Source of the DNA: an uncultured Mollicutes bacterium
Lineage (GTDB): Bacteria > Bacillota_I > Bacilli_A > RF39 > UBA660
NCBI GenBank assembly: GCA_946500425.1
Contig: CAMMVQ010000004.1
Span: 1 to 61,654, forward strand
Reading direction: 5' to 3'
DNA length: 61,654 nucleotides
Shown here: positions 18,118 through 29,133 of the stretch, one piece after another
Numbering within the stretch: the first letter of the stretch is position 1
Layout: each line of letters begins with the position of its first letter
Program-made: the position numbers and the translations under genes
Notes under the pieces: model-generated
The model's database searches: none
What the model was told of the DNA's origin: nothing
The model's input: the letters and a program-made list of their open reading frames with translations, nothing else

Positions 18118-18669
18118 ATGTATTCATACATTAAAGGAACTATAGAAGAAATCGGAAGTAACTATATAGTAGTTGATAATTCGGGAATAGGATACTTAAT
18201 TTATGTTGCTAACCCTTATTCTTATGCTGCCGGAAGAGAAGTAATAGTTTATGTTTATCAGCAAGTAAGGGAAGATGAAAACACTTTGTATGGTTTTAAA
18301 AGTAAGGAAGAAAAGGAATTATTTTTAAAGCTTACCAGCGTAAAGGGTTTAGGCTGTAAAATGGCGCTTCCGATGCTTTCTGGTGATAATAAAGACGAAA
18401 TATACGCTGCAATTGATTCTGGAAACGTTAACTACTTAAAGAAATTTCCTAAGATAGGTGATAAGGTTGCAAGGCAAATTATCCTTGATTTAAAAGGGAA
18501 ACTAGCTACTAGTGAAAATGATAATAAAAAAGATTTTACCGCCCTTACTGATACCTTAAAATCATTAGGATATAAACCGGCGGACATTAAGAGGATATTA
18601 CCTAACATAGATGATGGTAAGAACTTAGAAGCTCAAGTTAAAGATGCTTTAAAATTACTTTTAAAATAA
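18118..18669 (+). CDS. ruvA: Holliday junction DNA helicase subunit RuvA
   Basis: MYSYIKGTIEE.. OB-fold N-terminus, HhH region (LTSVKGLGCKMA, FPKIGDKVARQI) and a C-terminal domain III. Confidence 0.9.
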   Translation: MYSYIKGTIEEIGSNYIVVDNSGIGYLIYVANPYSYAAGREVIVYVYQQVREDENTLYGFKSKEEKELFLKLTSVKGLGCKMALPMLSGDNKDEIYAAIDSGNVNYLKKFPKIGDKVARQIILDLKGKLATSENDNKKDFTALTDTLKSLGYKPADIKRILPNIDDGKNLEAQVKDALKLLLK

Positions 18670-18690
18670 TATAAGATAAGGAGAAAGATA

Positions 18691-19692
18691 ATGGATAAAC
18701 GTTTGATTACGGCTGATAAACTAAAGGAAGATGGTTTTGAGGAAACGATTAGACCCCAAACCATTGAGGAGTATATCGGACAAAAGGACATAAAAGAAAA
18801 CATAAAAATCTTTATGGAAGCTGCTAAAATGCGTGGTGAAGCATTGGATCACGTTTTGTTATATGGTCCTCCCGGGCTTGGTAAAACGACGCTTTCATAC
18901 GTAATAGCCAATGAAATGAACGCTGGAATTAAAACTGCTTCTGGTCCAACGATTGAGAAATCAGGAGATTTAGCAGCCATTTTATCATCATTAGAAGAAG
19001 GTGACGTTTTATTCATTGATGAAATACACCGTATTCCAAGGTTTGTTGAAGAAATTCTATATTCAGCAATGGAAGATTTTACCTTGGACATTATTGTTGG
19101 TGGAGAAGGCTCTAATCGTAACTTAAGAATAGATTTACCTCACTTTACTTTAATTGGTGCAACAACAAGAGCTGGGGATTTATCAGCGCCTCTTCGTGAC
19201 CGTTTTGGAATCGTCTCTAAGCTTAATTATTATACAGAAGAAGAAATTACTCAAATAATAAAAAGAAGTGCTAGGGTACTTAATTTGATAATTGAAGATG
19301 ATGCGGCAAAAGAACTGGCTAATAGATGCCGAAGAACGCCTAGAATTGCCAATCGTTTACTTAAAAGAGTTAGTGACTTTGCCCTTGTTAAAGGAGATGG
19401 AACTATTACTCTTGACATAACTAAGTACGCGCTTGACTCATTAAAGGTTGATAAACTTGGATTAGATGAAGTGGATTATGAACTTTTGAAAACAATTATT
19501 TACAAATTTAATGGTGGTCCAGTTGGCGTAGAAGCGGTTGCGGCCGCAATTGGAGAGGAAGTATCAACGATAGAAGACGTTTGCGAGCCTTACTTACTTC
19601 AAATTGGATACTTAAAAAGAACGCCAAGAGGAAGGGTGGTAACGGACCTTGCCTACCAACACTTAAACATCAAAAAAGAAAATAAGAACTAA
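18691..19692 (+). CDS. ruvB: Holliday junction ATP-dependent DNA helicase RuvB
   Basis: Walker [10 protein letters not shown], Walker B LFIDEIHR, sensor regions. 333 aa. Confidence 0.95.
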   Translation: MDKRLITADKLKEDGFEETIRPQTIEEYIGQKDIKENIKIFMEAAKMRGEALDHVLLYGPPGLGKTTLSYVIANEMNAGIKTASGPTIEKSGDLAAILSSLEEGDVLFIDEIHRIPRFVEEILYSAMEDFTLDIIVGGEGSNRNLRIDLPHFTLIGATTRAGDLSAPLRDRFGIVSKLNYYTEEEITQIIKRSARVLNLIIEDDAAKELANRCRRTPRIANRLLKRVSDFALVKGDGTITLDITKYALDSLKVDKLGLDEVDYELLKTIIYKFNGGPVGVEAVAAAIGEEVSTIEDVCEPYLLQIGYLKRTPRGRVVTDLAYQHLNIKKENKN

Positions 19693-19693
19693 A

Positions 19694-19725
19694 AAAGAAA
19701 CTTTTATTTCGGAAGTTTCTTTTTA
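19694..19725 (+). terminator. intrinsic terminator
   Basis: AGAAACTT/AAGTTTCT stem followed by TTTT. Confidence 0.7.
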
Positions 19726-19795
19726 ATTAGTTGCTATTTTATATAAAATGAACTATAATAATTTTTATCAATCCACGTATGTTTGGAGGCTAAAA

Positions 19796-20818
19796 ATGAA
19801 AACTGATGATTTTGATTATTACTTACCTAAAGAGTTAATTGCACAAACGCCGCTTGAAAAAAGAGATACATCAAGAATGATGGTATTAGATAAATTAACA
19901 GGAAAAACCGAAGATAAAACTTTTACTGATTTAATTGATTATTTAAATCCTGGAGACACTTTAGTTTTGAATGATACCAAGGTTTTGCCAGCAAGACTAA
20001 TTGGACATAAACCTGATACTGGTGCGGTAATTGAAGTTTTAATGCTTAAAGAATTGGAAAAAGATACTTGGGAATGTTTAACAAGACCGGCAAAAAGGAT
20101 TCATGTTGGTAGCATTGTTTCCTTTTCGGATAAATTAAAAGCAGAATGCATAGAAGTTAAAAATGATGGACTTAGGGTGTACAAGTTTATATACGAGGGG
20201 ATTTTTCTTGAAATATTAGAAGAATTAGGACAAATGCCTTTACCGCCATACATAACAGAAAAGCTAAGTGATAAAGATAGATACCAAACGGTTTATGCAA
20301 AAAACTTAGGAAGTGCTGCCGCACCAACAGCTGGTCTTCATTTTACTGAAGAATACTTAGAAAAAATAAAAAATAAGAAAATTAACGTTGTTTTTATAAC
20401 TTTACACGTTGGTTTAGGAACGTTTAGACCGGTTGTTGTTGAGGACGTAAGCAAACATGAGATGCATGAAGAATATTATGAGATGAGTCAAGATGTGGCA
20501 GAATTACTTAATAAAACTAAAGAAAATGGAAAAAGAATAATTGCGGTTGGCACAACAAGTGTTAGAACGTTAGAAACAATCGCAGATGACAATGGTGTAT
20601 TTAAAGCTCAAAGCGGAACAACTAAGATATTTATTTATCCTGGATATAAATTTAAAGCCGTAGATGCTTTATTAACTAACTTTCATCTTCCAAAATCAAC
20701 ATTAATAATGCTTATTAGTGCTTTGGCAGGAAAAGATAACGTACTTAAGGCATATAATCATGCGGTAGAAGAAAAATATCGTTTCTTCTCGTTTGGTGAT
20801 TGCATGTTTATAAAATAG
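19796..20818 (+). CDS. queA: S-adenosylmethionine:tRNA ribosyltransferase-isomerase
   Basis: ATG at 19796 after a [43 protein letters not shown] and [10 protein letters not shown] motifs. Confidence 0.92.
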   Translation: MKTDDFDYYLPKELIAQTPLEKRDTSRMMVLDKLTGKTEDKTFTDLIDYLNPGDTLVLNDTKVLPARLIGHKPDTGAVIEVLMLKELEKDTWECLTRPAKRIHVGSIVSFSDKLKAECIEVKNDGLRVYKFIYEGIFLEILEELGQMPLPPYITEKLSDKDRYQTVYAKNLGSAAAPTAGLHFTEEYLEKIKNKKINVVFITLHVGLGTFRPVVVEDVSKHEMHEEYYEMSQDVAELLNKTKENGKRIIAVGTTSVRTLETIADDNGVFKAQSGTTKIFIYPGYKFKAVDALLTNFHLPKSTLIMLISALAGKDNVLKAYNHAVEEKYRFFSFGDCMFIK

Positions 20819-20831
20819 GAGGAAATTAAAA

Positions 20832-21329
20832 ATGAACAAAACTTTAGTAAGACTTTATGATGAGGCTGGTATTAATCCGGATAACTTAAAAGATTTAGAA
20901 AATGCTATTTTAATTAATGAGCAAACGACTCAAGCTTTAAAAGAGAAAATGAATAATAATTTTTATACTTATTTTTTAACGATGGCTTATAATTGTGAAC
21001 TTATTAGCAATGAAGAATATGAATACTTTAATGGTGCTAAAGAAGATGAAATATACGGTGGTTTACTTGGAATATTAAGTTCTAAAAAGTTTAGTGCTAA
21101 TGCATCTTTGCCTGATGGTGAAAATTCATCTGAGTCTTTAATTGACATATTTATTAATGAATTGCGTATTTTAGAAAGTACAAGAAAGAAAAAAACAAGC
21201 GAAAAACGTTTAAGAGAATTAGAAAGTAAATTAATATTATACAAAGAGTTGCACCAAGTTAAAAAAGAAAATAAAGTTTTGCGTAAAAGAAGAAAGTATT
21301 TAATGAGTAAAAGTAAAAATGATAATTAG
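20832..21329 (+). CDS. hypothetical protein
   Basis: AGGAGG SD. 165 aa with a Lys/Arg-rich C-terminus. Sits between queA and tgt. Confidence 0.6.
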   Translation: MNKTLVRLYDEAGINPDNLKDLENAILINEQTTQALKEKMNNNFYTYFLTMAYNCELISNEEYEYFNGAKEDEIYGGLLGILSSKKFSANASLPDGENSSESLIDIFINELRILESTRKKKTSEKRLRELESKLILYKELHQVKKENKVLRKRRKYLMSKSKNDN

Positions 21330-21355
21330 TCTTTTGATGGCTAATTATTTTTTTA
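21323..21355 (+). terminator. intrinsic terminator
   Basis: TAATTAG/CTAATTA stem followed by TTTTTTT. Confidence 0.6.
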
Positions 21356-21382
21356 TGTGATATAATTTTTCTGGTGATTTAA

Positions 21383-22869
<1,487 letters not shown>

Positions 22870-22943
22870 TTTGATCACCTCTAATAAAATATATTAATTG
22901 TATATAAAAATATGATTGATAACATAATATTAACGGTGATTAC

Positions 22944-23603
22944 ATGGACTATATAACAATTATTGTAAAAACGTTTTTTATTTACTTGTTGGTGGCTTTT
23001 ATATTTAGAATCATGGGAAAAAGGGAAGTTGGACAACTTGGAACTTTTGACCTTGTTGTATTTATATTAATAGCAGAACTAATAGCAATGGGAATCGAAC
23101 ACGAAACTAATTTTATTTACCATTTAATTCCGGTTGCAATATTAGTGCTACTTCAAATATTAATATCTAAAGTTTCACTCAAAAGTAATAAATTTAGAAG
23201 GTTTATTGATGGTAAACCAGTAATTATAATAAAAAAAGGAATAATAAACTTTAAAAACATGGTTGAGCAAAGGTATACTTTAGATGACCTTCTATTACAA
23301 TTAAGAGAAAAAGACATAAGAAGTATTGATGAGGTAGATTACGCAATATTAGAAATAAATGGTAAATTATCGGTGTTTAAAAAGGATGATAAAAAAGATA
23401 AAGATACGTATCCTTTACCTATAATTTTAGATGGGGTTGTTCAATTTGAGAATTTATATAGCATAAACAAGAGTAAAAAATGGTTGTTAAACATTTTGCT
23501 TGATAAAAAAATAAAGGCAGAAGATGTTTTTTATGCTTTTAACAAAGGAAAAGAATTGTACATAATAAAAAAAGATGAAATAAGTGAAAATTCCGAAAAA
23601 TAA
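22944..23603 (+). CDS. DUF421 (YetF-like) membrane protein
   Basis: MGKREVGQLGTFDLVVFILIAE signature, 3 TM segments and a soluble C-terminal domain. Confidence 0.75.
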   Translation: MDYITIIVKTFFIYLLVAFIFRIMGKREVGQLGTFDLVVFILIAELIAMGIEHETNFIYHLIPVAILVLLQILISKVSLKSNKFRRFIDGKPVIIIKKGIINFKNMVEQRYTLDDLLLQLREKDIRSIDEVDYAILEINGKLSVFKKDDKKDKDTYPLPIILDGVVQFENLYSINKSKKWLLNILLDKKIKAEDVFYAFNKGKELYIIKKDEISENSEK

Positions 23604-23820
23604 ACTAAAAAATGACAAGTAGGAAGAACGCTTGTTTTTTATTTTCTACAAATAGTAAAAAAACATTACCGGGGCAACGTGATGTTATAGACATGTAATA
23701 GTAAAATAATGGAAAATTAAGGTCATGAGCACGTGCGATAATAGAACTGGGAAAGATATTTATCAAGAGTTTTTAGACAACCCATCACTGGTACCTTTTC
23801 TTTTATGGCAATAAAATTGT

Positions 23821-23848
23821 AAAAGGCCCTGAACTTTCAGGCCCTTTT
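23821..23848. terminator. GC-rich hairpin flanked by an A-run and a T-run (possibly bidirectional)
   Basis: GGCCCTGA (23825-23832) pairs with TCAGGCCC (23837-23844) with one C-C mismatch. AAAA lies upstream and TTTT downstream. Confidence 0.5.
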
Positions 23849-23955
23849 ACATGTCCTTTAAAATATTTTTTTATTCTTTCTTGTTTTTTCTCTATAATTA
23901 TTATAAAATTATTTTAGATATAGAGAAAATTAAGAAAGGGGCATTTCAGAATATT

Positions 23956-24795
23956 ATGGATAAGAAAAATGATAACGTTGAAAAAGCCATTGACGATATA
24001 TTTGGGTCTGATTTTCTAGAAATAAACGTTGATCAACAAAATACCGTGCTAGAAGATAATAATGGTGAAGTTTACGTAGATAAAGACAATGATGATGGTT
24101 TAGCAAAATCGCCAGTTTCTGTTCCTTTTGAAGAACAAGCGCATGAACCGAGCGAGGAATTTAAGAATATTTTTGATAGTAATGATGATTTTTACTTTTC
24201 TGAATCAAAAAAAGAAGACCATGAGATAGATACATCTAATGATTATGCTTCTCATCAAGATGATGAACCATCCAGTGATTCTGGCAAACAAAATAAAACT
24301 AATGTTAAAATGGTTATTTTTTTCATCGTAAGCATACTTGGGTGTGCCTTTCTTGTGATAGCGATATTTACTTTTTATATTAAGAATGAAAAAACCGTTG
24401 TGTGTAAGTATGGGGCTGAAGATGCTGGTTATACAATAACTGATCAGTATAAGATAACCCATACTAATAGTAAGATTAAGTACGTTGAAGCAGTATATAA
24501 ATACACCGCAAAAGAAGAAGAGTATAAAACTCAAATACAATATATTAGAGAGGAAAAATTACCGGTAATATTAAATTCAAACGGAATGCCTGGTTTTACT
24601 TATTTATATGATCAAAGTGATGATTATTTTAAAGTGTCAAGTTATTTAGACTTTGATTTGTTTGATTATGATAAGATAGATAAAAATGATAATTCAGCAA
24701 CGCCAATAAGTTACATAACGATTAATTCTAAAACCAATCTTTCTTCTTTGACAAGCGAACTTGAAGAAAAAGGGTACACTTGTGAAGTTGAATAA
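23956..24795 (+). CDS. membrane-anchored protein: acidic N-terminus, TM, Cys-bracketed extracytoplasmic domain
   Basis: ATG at 23956. Acidic N-terminus, one TM (VIFFIVSILGCAFLVIAIF), KTVVCKYG after the TM and C-terminal KGYTCEVE. Confidence 0.65.
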   Translation: MDKKNDNVEKAIDDIFGSDFLEINVDQQNTVLEDNNGEVYVDKDNDDGLAKSPVSVPFEEQAHEPSEEFKNIFDSNDDFYFSESKKEDHEIDTSNDYASHQDDEPSSDSGKQNKTNVKMVIFFIVSILGCAFLVIAIFTFYIKNEKTVVCKYGAEDAGYTITDQYKITHTNSKIKYVEAVYKYTAKEEEYKTQIQYIREEKLPVILNSNGMPGFTYLYDQSDDYFKVSSYLDFDLFDYDKIDKNDNSATPISYITINSKTNLSSLTSELEEKGYTCEVE

Positions 24796-24852
24796 TTTAA
24801 TGATTATAAATTAAAAATATGATATAATAACAAAACGAAGGAGGTTTTCATC

Positions 24853-26352
24853 ATGGAAATGGTAGAAGAACAGCAAAAGGTAAGAAAGGAAAAATTAGAT
24901 CGTTTAATTGAATTAGGAGTTAACGTACATCCTGATAAATACGTTAAGACCCACACTTTAAAAGAGGCGCACGAGCTTCCTGATGGGACTAAAGACGTGT
25001 CCATCGCTGGAAGGGTGATGCTTAAAAGGAAAATGGGAAAAATAAGTTTCTGGGAAATTCGTGACATTGAAGGAAAAATGCAGTTGTGTCTAAAAAGAGA
25101 TGAGTTGGGTGAAGAACTATATACCCAAATAAACCAAACGACTGATACCGGGGATTTTGTTGGGGTATCCGGAGAAATTTTCACGACCCAGACAGGAGAA
25201 AAAACTTTAAGGGTTAAAACGTTTACCTTCTTAGGTAAAGCACTTCGGGTTTTACCAGATAAGTTTCATGGACTAGAGGACCAAGAAATGATATACCGTG
25301 AAAGACACCTTGATTTAATCACTAATGATGATGCTAAAAAAAGGTTTTTGTTGCGTTTTAAATTCATAAGACTATTAAGAAATTATTTGGATTCTCACGG
25401 TTTTATCGAAGTTGAGACGCCCGTTTTACAAAACAAAGCATCAGGTGCAACGGCAAGACCATTCATAACTCATCATAACGCTTTAGACATTGATATGTAC
25501 TTAAGAATATCACCTGAGTTAACGTTAAAAAAGCTTATCATTGGGGGATTTGAACACATATATGAAATCGCTCGTGACTTTAGAAACGAAGGAGTAAGTC
25601 CTAATCACTTACAAGACTTTACCATGGTAGAAGGCTATAGTGCCTATTGGAATTACGAAGATAACATGAAGTTTTTAAAAGATATGGTACAAACTATAAT
25701 CAAAGAATTATATGGAACTTTAAAGGTTGAAATAGGTGATAAAACCGTTGATTTTGGTGGTGATTGGGAAATTATTTCCTTTAAGGACTTGTTGCTGAAG
25801 GATTCCGGGATTGACGTTGATAAGTTTGAAACCGCTAAAGAATTATTAGATGAAATAAAAAGCAAGGGTATAAAACTTGATGCCGAAAACCTAGAACAAT
25901 TAGGAAGAGGAAACCTTATTGACCAGTTATATAAGAAAGTAAGTAGACCAAATATTTTAGGTCCTGTATATTTAATTAAGCACCCAATTGATTTATCACC
26001 ACTTGCGCGTGCTAACGACGAAGATTCGAATTTAACTGACCGTTTTCAGTTAATCGTAAATGGTCAGGAAATAATTAATGGATACTCTGAATTAGTTGAT
26101 CCTATTGAGCAGGAAAAAAGGCTTCTTGAACAAAGTAAGCTTAAGGAAAATGGTGATGAAGAGGCAATGGACATTGATTATGAATACATAAAAGCAATGC
26201 AATACGGAATGCCACCAATATCAGGTTGGGGAATGGGAATTGATCGTTTCATTCAGTTTTTAACTAACTCTAGCAACATAAAAGACGTTGTTTTATATCC
26301 TATTTTAAGACCGGAAATAGATAATCCTAACAAGGCCAAAGAAAAAGAATAA
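24853..26352 (+). CDS. lysS: lysyl-tRNA synthetase, class II
   Basis: GAAGGAGG SD. OB-fold N-domain. Class II motifs (ARDFRNEGVS, GMPPISGWGMGIDR). 499 aa. Confidence 0.95.
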   Translation: MEMVEEQQKVRKEKLDRLIELGVNVHPDKYVKTHTLKEAHELPDGTKDVSIAGRVMLKRKMGKISFWEIRDIEGKMQLCLKRDELGEELYTQINQTTDTGDFVGVSGEIFTTQTGEKTLRVKTFTFLGKALRVLPDKFHGLEDQEMIYRERHLDLITNDDAKKRFLLRFKFIRLLRNYLDSHGFIEVETPVLQNKASGATARPFITHHNALDIDMYLRISPELTLKKLIIGGFEHIYEIARDFRNEGVSPNHLQDFTMVEGYSAYWNYEDNMKFLKDMVQTIIKELYGTLKVEIGDKTVDFGGDWEIISFKDLLLKDSGIDVDKFETAKELLDEIKSKGIKLDAENLEQLGRGNLIDQLYKKVSRPNILGPVYLIKHPIDLSPLARANDEDSNLTDRFQLIVNGQEIINGYSELVDPIEQEKRLLEQSKLKENGDEEAMDIDYEYIKAMQYGMPPISGWGMGIDRFIQFLTNSSNIKDVVLYPILRPEIDNPNKAKEKE

Positions 26353-26380
26353 TTCTTTTTATAAGAGTTATTCTTTTTAT
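26345..26380 (+). terminator. intrinsic terminator
   Basis: AAGAATAA/TTATTCTT stem with a 15-nt loop, followed by TTT. Confidence 0.5.
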
Positions 26381-26459
26381 ATAAAATCATTTAAAAATGT
26401 TAATAATATTTATATGAAATAAAAAATATGTTATTATATTATAGTAGGAGGGATACTTA

Positions 26460-27188
26460 GTGGATAACAAAGAGGAAAAAGAAAAGCAAGAAAAAGATAA
26501 TCCCAAATTTGAGCAGGAACCAGATAATGTTACTAGAGAAATTAACCTAGATGATTTGTATGATGGTGCCGTTAATAATACGGTGGTAATAGACCCAGTA
26601 ACCAATGATGAAGTTTTACTTAAGGCTAAGAAACCAAATTATACGTTCATAGGTGTTATAATCGCGGTTATTATTTTGTTATTGTTATACTTTTTTACTA
26701 ATAAAACCGATTTAGGAAGAACGACAAAAGACGTGGCGCCAAAAACTACTACAACGGTTAACAAAACAGAAGAAGAAAGCCTAAATGGCACTTTAAACTG
26801 TTCATACTCATCTAAGAGTGATGCTGAAACACAAGAAGTTACTTACGTTGCGAATTACGCAAATGATTTTATCACTAAAAGTACTTTTAATTACGTAGTG
26901 GTTTCAAACACTGATACTTCTTCTGCCGTAGTAGAGAGTTTAACTAACCAGTATGAAAATTTCTTTATTGATAATGCTTCGGTATTTGGAAATAACGTTA
27001 CGTTTGATAAAAATGAAAAAGGCTTTACTTTTAACGTCGTTACTTATTATGATAAAGCTGACTTTGATCAAATCATAATAAATGAAGGTCAAACGGTACT
27101 ATACGTCAAGCCTTCATCTGGGGACACTAAAGAAAACATTCAAAAATTATACACGGATAAGGGATTTACCTGTAACATATCAGATTAA
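26460..27188 (+). CDS. membrane-anchored protein, paralog-like to 23956..24795
   Basis: GTG start after a GGAGGG SD. Acidic N-terminus, one TM, LNCSYSS after a linker and C-terminal KGFTCNISD. Confidence 0.65.
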   Translation: MDNKEEKEKQEKDNPKFEQEPDNVTREINLDDLYDGAVNNTVVIDPVTNDEVLLKAKKPNYTFIGVIIAVIILLLLYFFTNKTDLGRTTKDVAPKTTTTVNKTEEESLNGTLNCSYSSKSDAETQEVTYVANYANDFITKSTFNYVVVSNTDTSSAVVESLTNQYENFFIDNASVFGNNVTFDKNEKGFTFNVVTYYDKADFDQIIINEGQTVLYVKPSSGDTKENIQKLYTDKGFTCNISD

Positions 27189-27211
27189 ATTCAAAAAAAG
27201 CGGGTGGTAAA

Positions 27212-27424
27212 ATGAAAAAAGAAAAAGATATTATTGAAAAAGAAGAACTCGAAAGAAGACAAAAAACGCTAAGAGTATTAAAAACCATCATGGTGGTTAT
27301 TGACGTTATTGCGATATTAGTGCTAATTATGCAAATAATGATTAAGGACGTTGCTTATTATTCTTACGTCATACTAATAATATGTAACGTAATTACGTTT
27401 TTGGCAAAGCCTTCATATAAGTGA
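27212..27424 (+). CDS. small 2-TM membrane protein
   Basis: GGGTGG SD. 70 aa. Confidence 0.55.
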   Translation: MKKEKDIIEKEELERRQKTLRVLKTIMVVIDVIAILVLIMQIMIKDVAYYSYVILIICNVITFLAKPSYK

Positions 27425-27449
27425 GCTATAAGATACTTATAGCTTTTTA
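27424..27449. terminator. bidirectional terminator between convergent genes
   Basis: AGCTATAAG-ata-CTTATAGCT followed by TTTT. Overlaps the stop of the minus-strand gene. Confidence 0.65.
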
Positions 27450-28741
27450 TTTAGATTTTTTAGAATCGTAAAAATCATAAGACCAGTTGTTACCAGGACT
27501 CCTGATATCATTGCGTATATAAGAGCGTTCATGCCGAATCCTAATAATCCAAAAGATATTAATACTACGTATTTTATTATTAATGAAGTAACCGAGATAC
27601 CAAGTAGATTACTGGTTTTATCCATTGCTTGCATCGCAACTGATAAGGTTGGCTGCATGTATAAAAGAAGGAAAAAAGGCCCTATTAGATATATGTAATT
27701 AACCCCTACGTTAATGTTATATATTAAGGTTAATATTTTTTCTGGAAATAGCATTATTACCGTAAGACAAATGAGGCCAACGAATAATGATAAGAACATT
27801 AATTTTAACAATTTAGCATTAAACTCTTTATATTTTTTATTAGTGTATGCTTTGGTTATGTTTGGGAGTAAAGCAGAGGCGATGGACATGGAAAAAAATG
27901 ACGGAATTGAAAGAAGTGGCGTTATGTAAGAATTTATGATTCCGTATTCTGTTGTTATGTAGTTAGTATCAAATCCAGTTTTTAAAAGAACGTTAGTTAA
28001 TATTATTGGTTCTAAGAAAAAACCCAAAGATGAGATTAATCTTACCGAAGTAGTGGGTAATGATATGTTTAATATTTCTTTAATTATTTGTACGTTAAAG
28101 TTTCCTTTTTCTTTTTTTATATAGCTTTTTTTTATACTTTTTTGCATGATAATGATACTTACTACTTCGGTTATAACGTTAAATAATATTATTGTTATAA
28201 TTGCTATTACAGAACCTTTTAGGACCGCGTACGGAAGTACCATAATAATTAATACTATTTTTATTATTTCCTCGGTAACGTTGGTTACTGATGCCGGGAG
28301 CATGTTTTCCTTGCCATGTAAAAAACCTCTTTGGACACTTGAAACCATGATAAAGGGAATTATTATCGTAATTGATAAAAACGCTTTCCATAACTCTTTA
28401 GCGTGAAGTAAGCTAGCGGTTAATTTACAACTTAAAATTACTAGTATAATTAATATAATATTTATTATGGCACCTAGAACATAGGCGTTTTTTAAAAGGT
28501 CAGCATTTTTGTGTTTGCCCTCGGCGCTTAGTTTACTAATTGATATTGGAAAACTAAACTGGGTTAAGGTTATTATAAGCATCAAAGTAGGCGTAATTAA
28601 AGTGTATAATCCAACGATGTTAACGCCCGCAATCCTTGTGTATACAATTTTTCCTACCATTCCAATTACTTTGGCAATTCCGCCTGATATTAAAAGAATA
28701 AGAATGTTTTTAAGTAATACGTTGTTTTTTAATTTGGTCAT
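27437..28741 (-). CDS. MOP-superfamily flippase (SpoVB / polysaccharide-biosynthesis protein family)
   Basis: 434 aa with about 12-14 TM segments. N-terminus LLISGGIAKVIGMVGKIVYTRIAGVNIVGLYTLITP..PISISKLSAE resembles SpoVB/MurJ-type proteins. Confidence 0.75.
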   Translation of the reverse strand: MTKLKNNVLLKNILILLISGGIAKVIGMVGKIVYTRIAGVNIVGLYTLITPTLMLIITLTQFSFPISISKLSAEGKHKNADLLKNAYVLGAIINIILIILVILSCKLTASLLHAKELWKAFLSITIIIPFIMVSSVQRGFLHGKENMLPASVTNVTEEIIKIVLIIMVLPYAVLKGSVIAIITIILFNVITEVVSIIIMQKSIKKSYIKKEKGNFNVQIIKEILNISLPTTSVRLISSLGFFLEPIILTNVLLKTGFDTNYITTEYGIINSYITPLLSIPSFFSMSIASALLPNITKAYTNKKYKEFNAKLLKLMFLSLFVGLICLTVIMLFPEKILTLIYNINVGVNYIYLIGPFFLLLYMQPTLSVAMQAMDKTSNLLGISVTSLIIKYVVLISFGLLGFGMNALIYAMISGVLVTTGLMIFTILKNLNKKL

Positions 28742-29133
28742 AGTAAATTATATGGAAAACATCCTATTTTTTTTACCAGATAACCAAATTAAGTTTTAAG
28801 AATTTTATATTATTTTTTTATTAAAGAGGAGTGGTTATAAAAAGGATGCGTAATAATTAAAATGAGTGCAACATCGGGCATTGATGTCACCATTTTGGAT
28901 GTTATTTCGAGTGGCGAATTTTCAAGTGGCTACTTTTCTGATACTGACAACTACGCTGGCGTCCTTCTGGTTATAACTATTAGTAAATCCGAGTTATAAT
29001 ATTTTTAAAGATTTATATATAAAAAGCTACTTGACGTAGTTTTTTCTTTGCTTTTAATAAACATATGTTATATAATATAAAATGTTGGAATAATGATAAA
29101 CGTCATTATAATATGTAATAAAGGATGGTAAGA

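Noticed and set aside
24804-25184. 126-aa minus-strand ORF overlapping the lysS 5' region
   Set aside because: Antisense to an unambiguous lysS frame.
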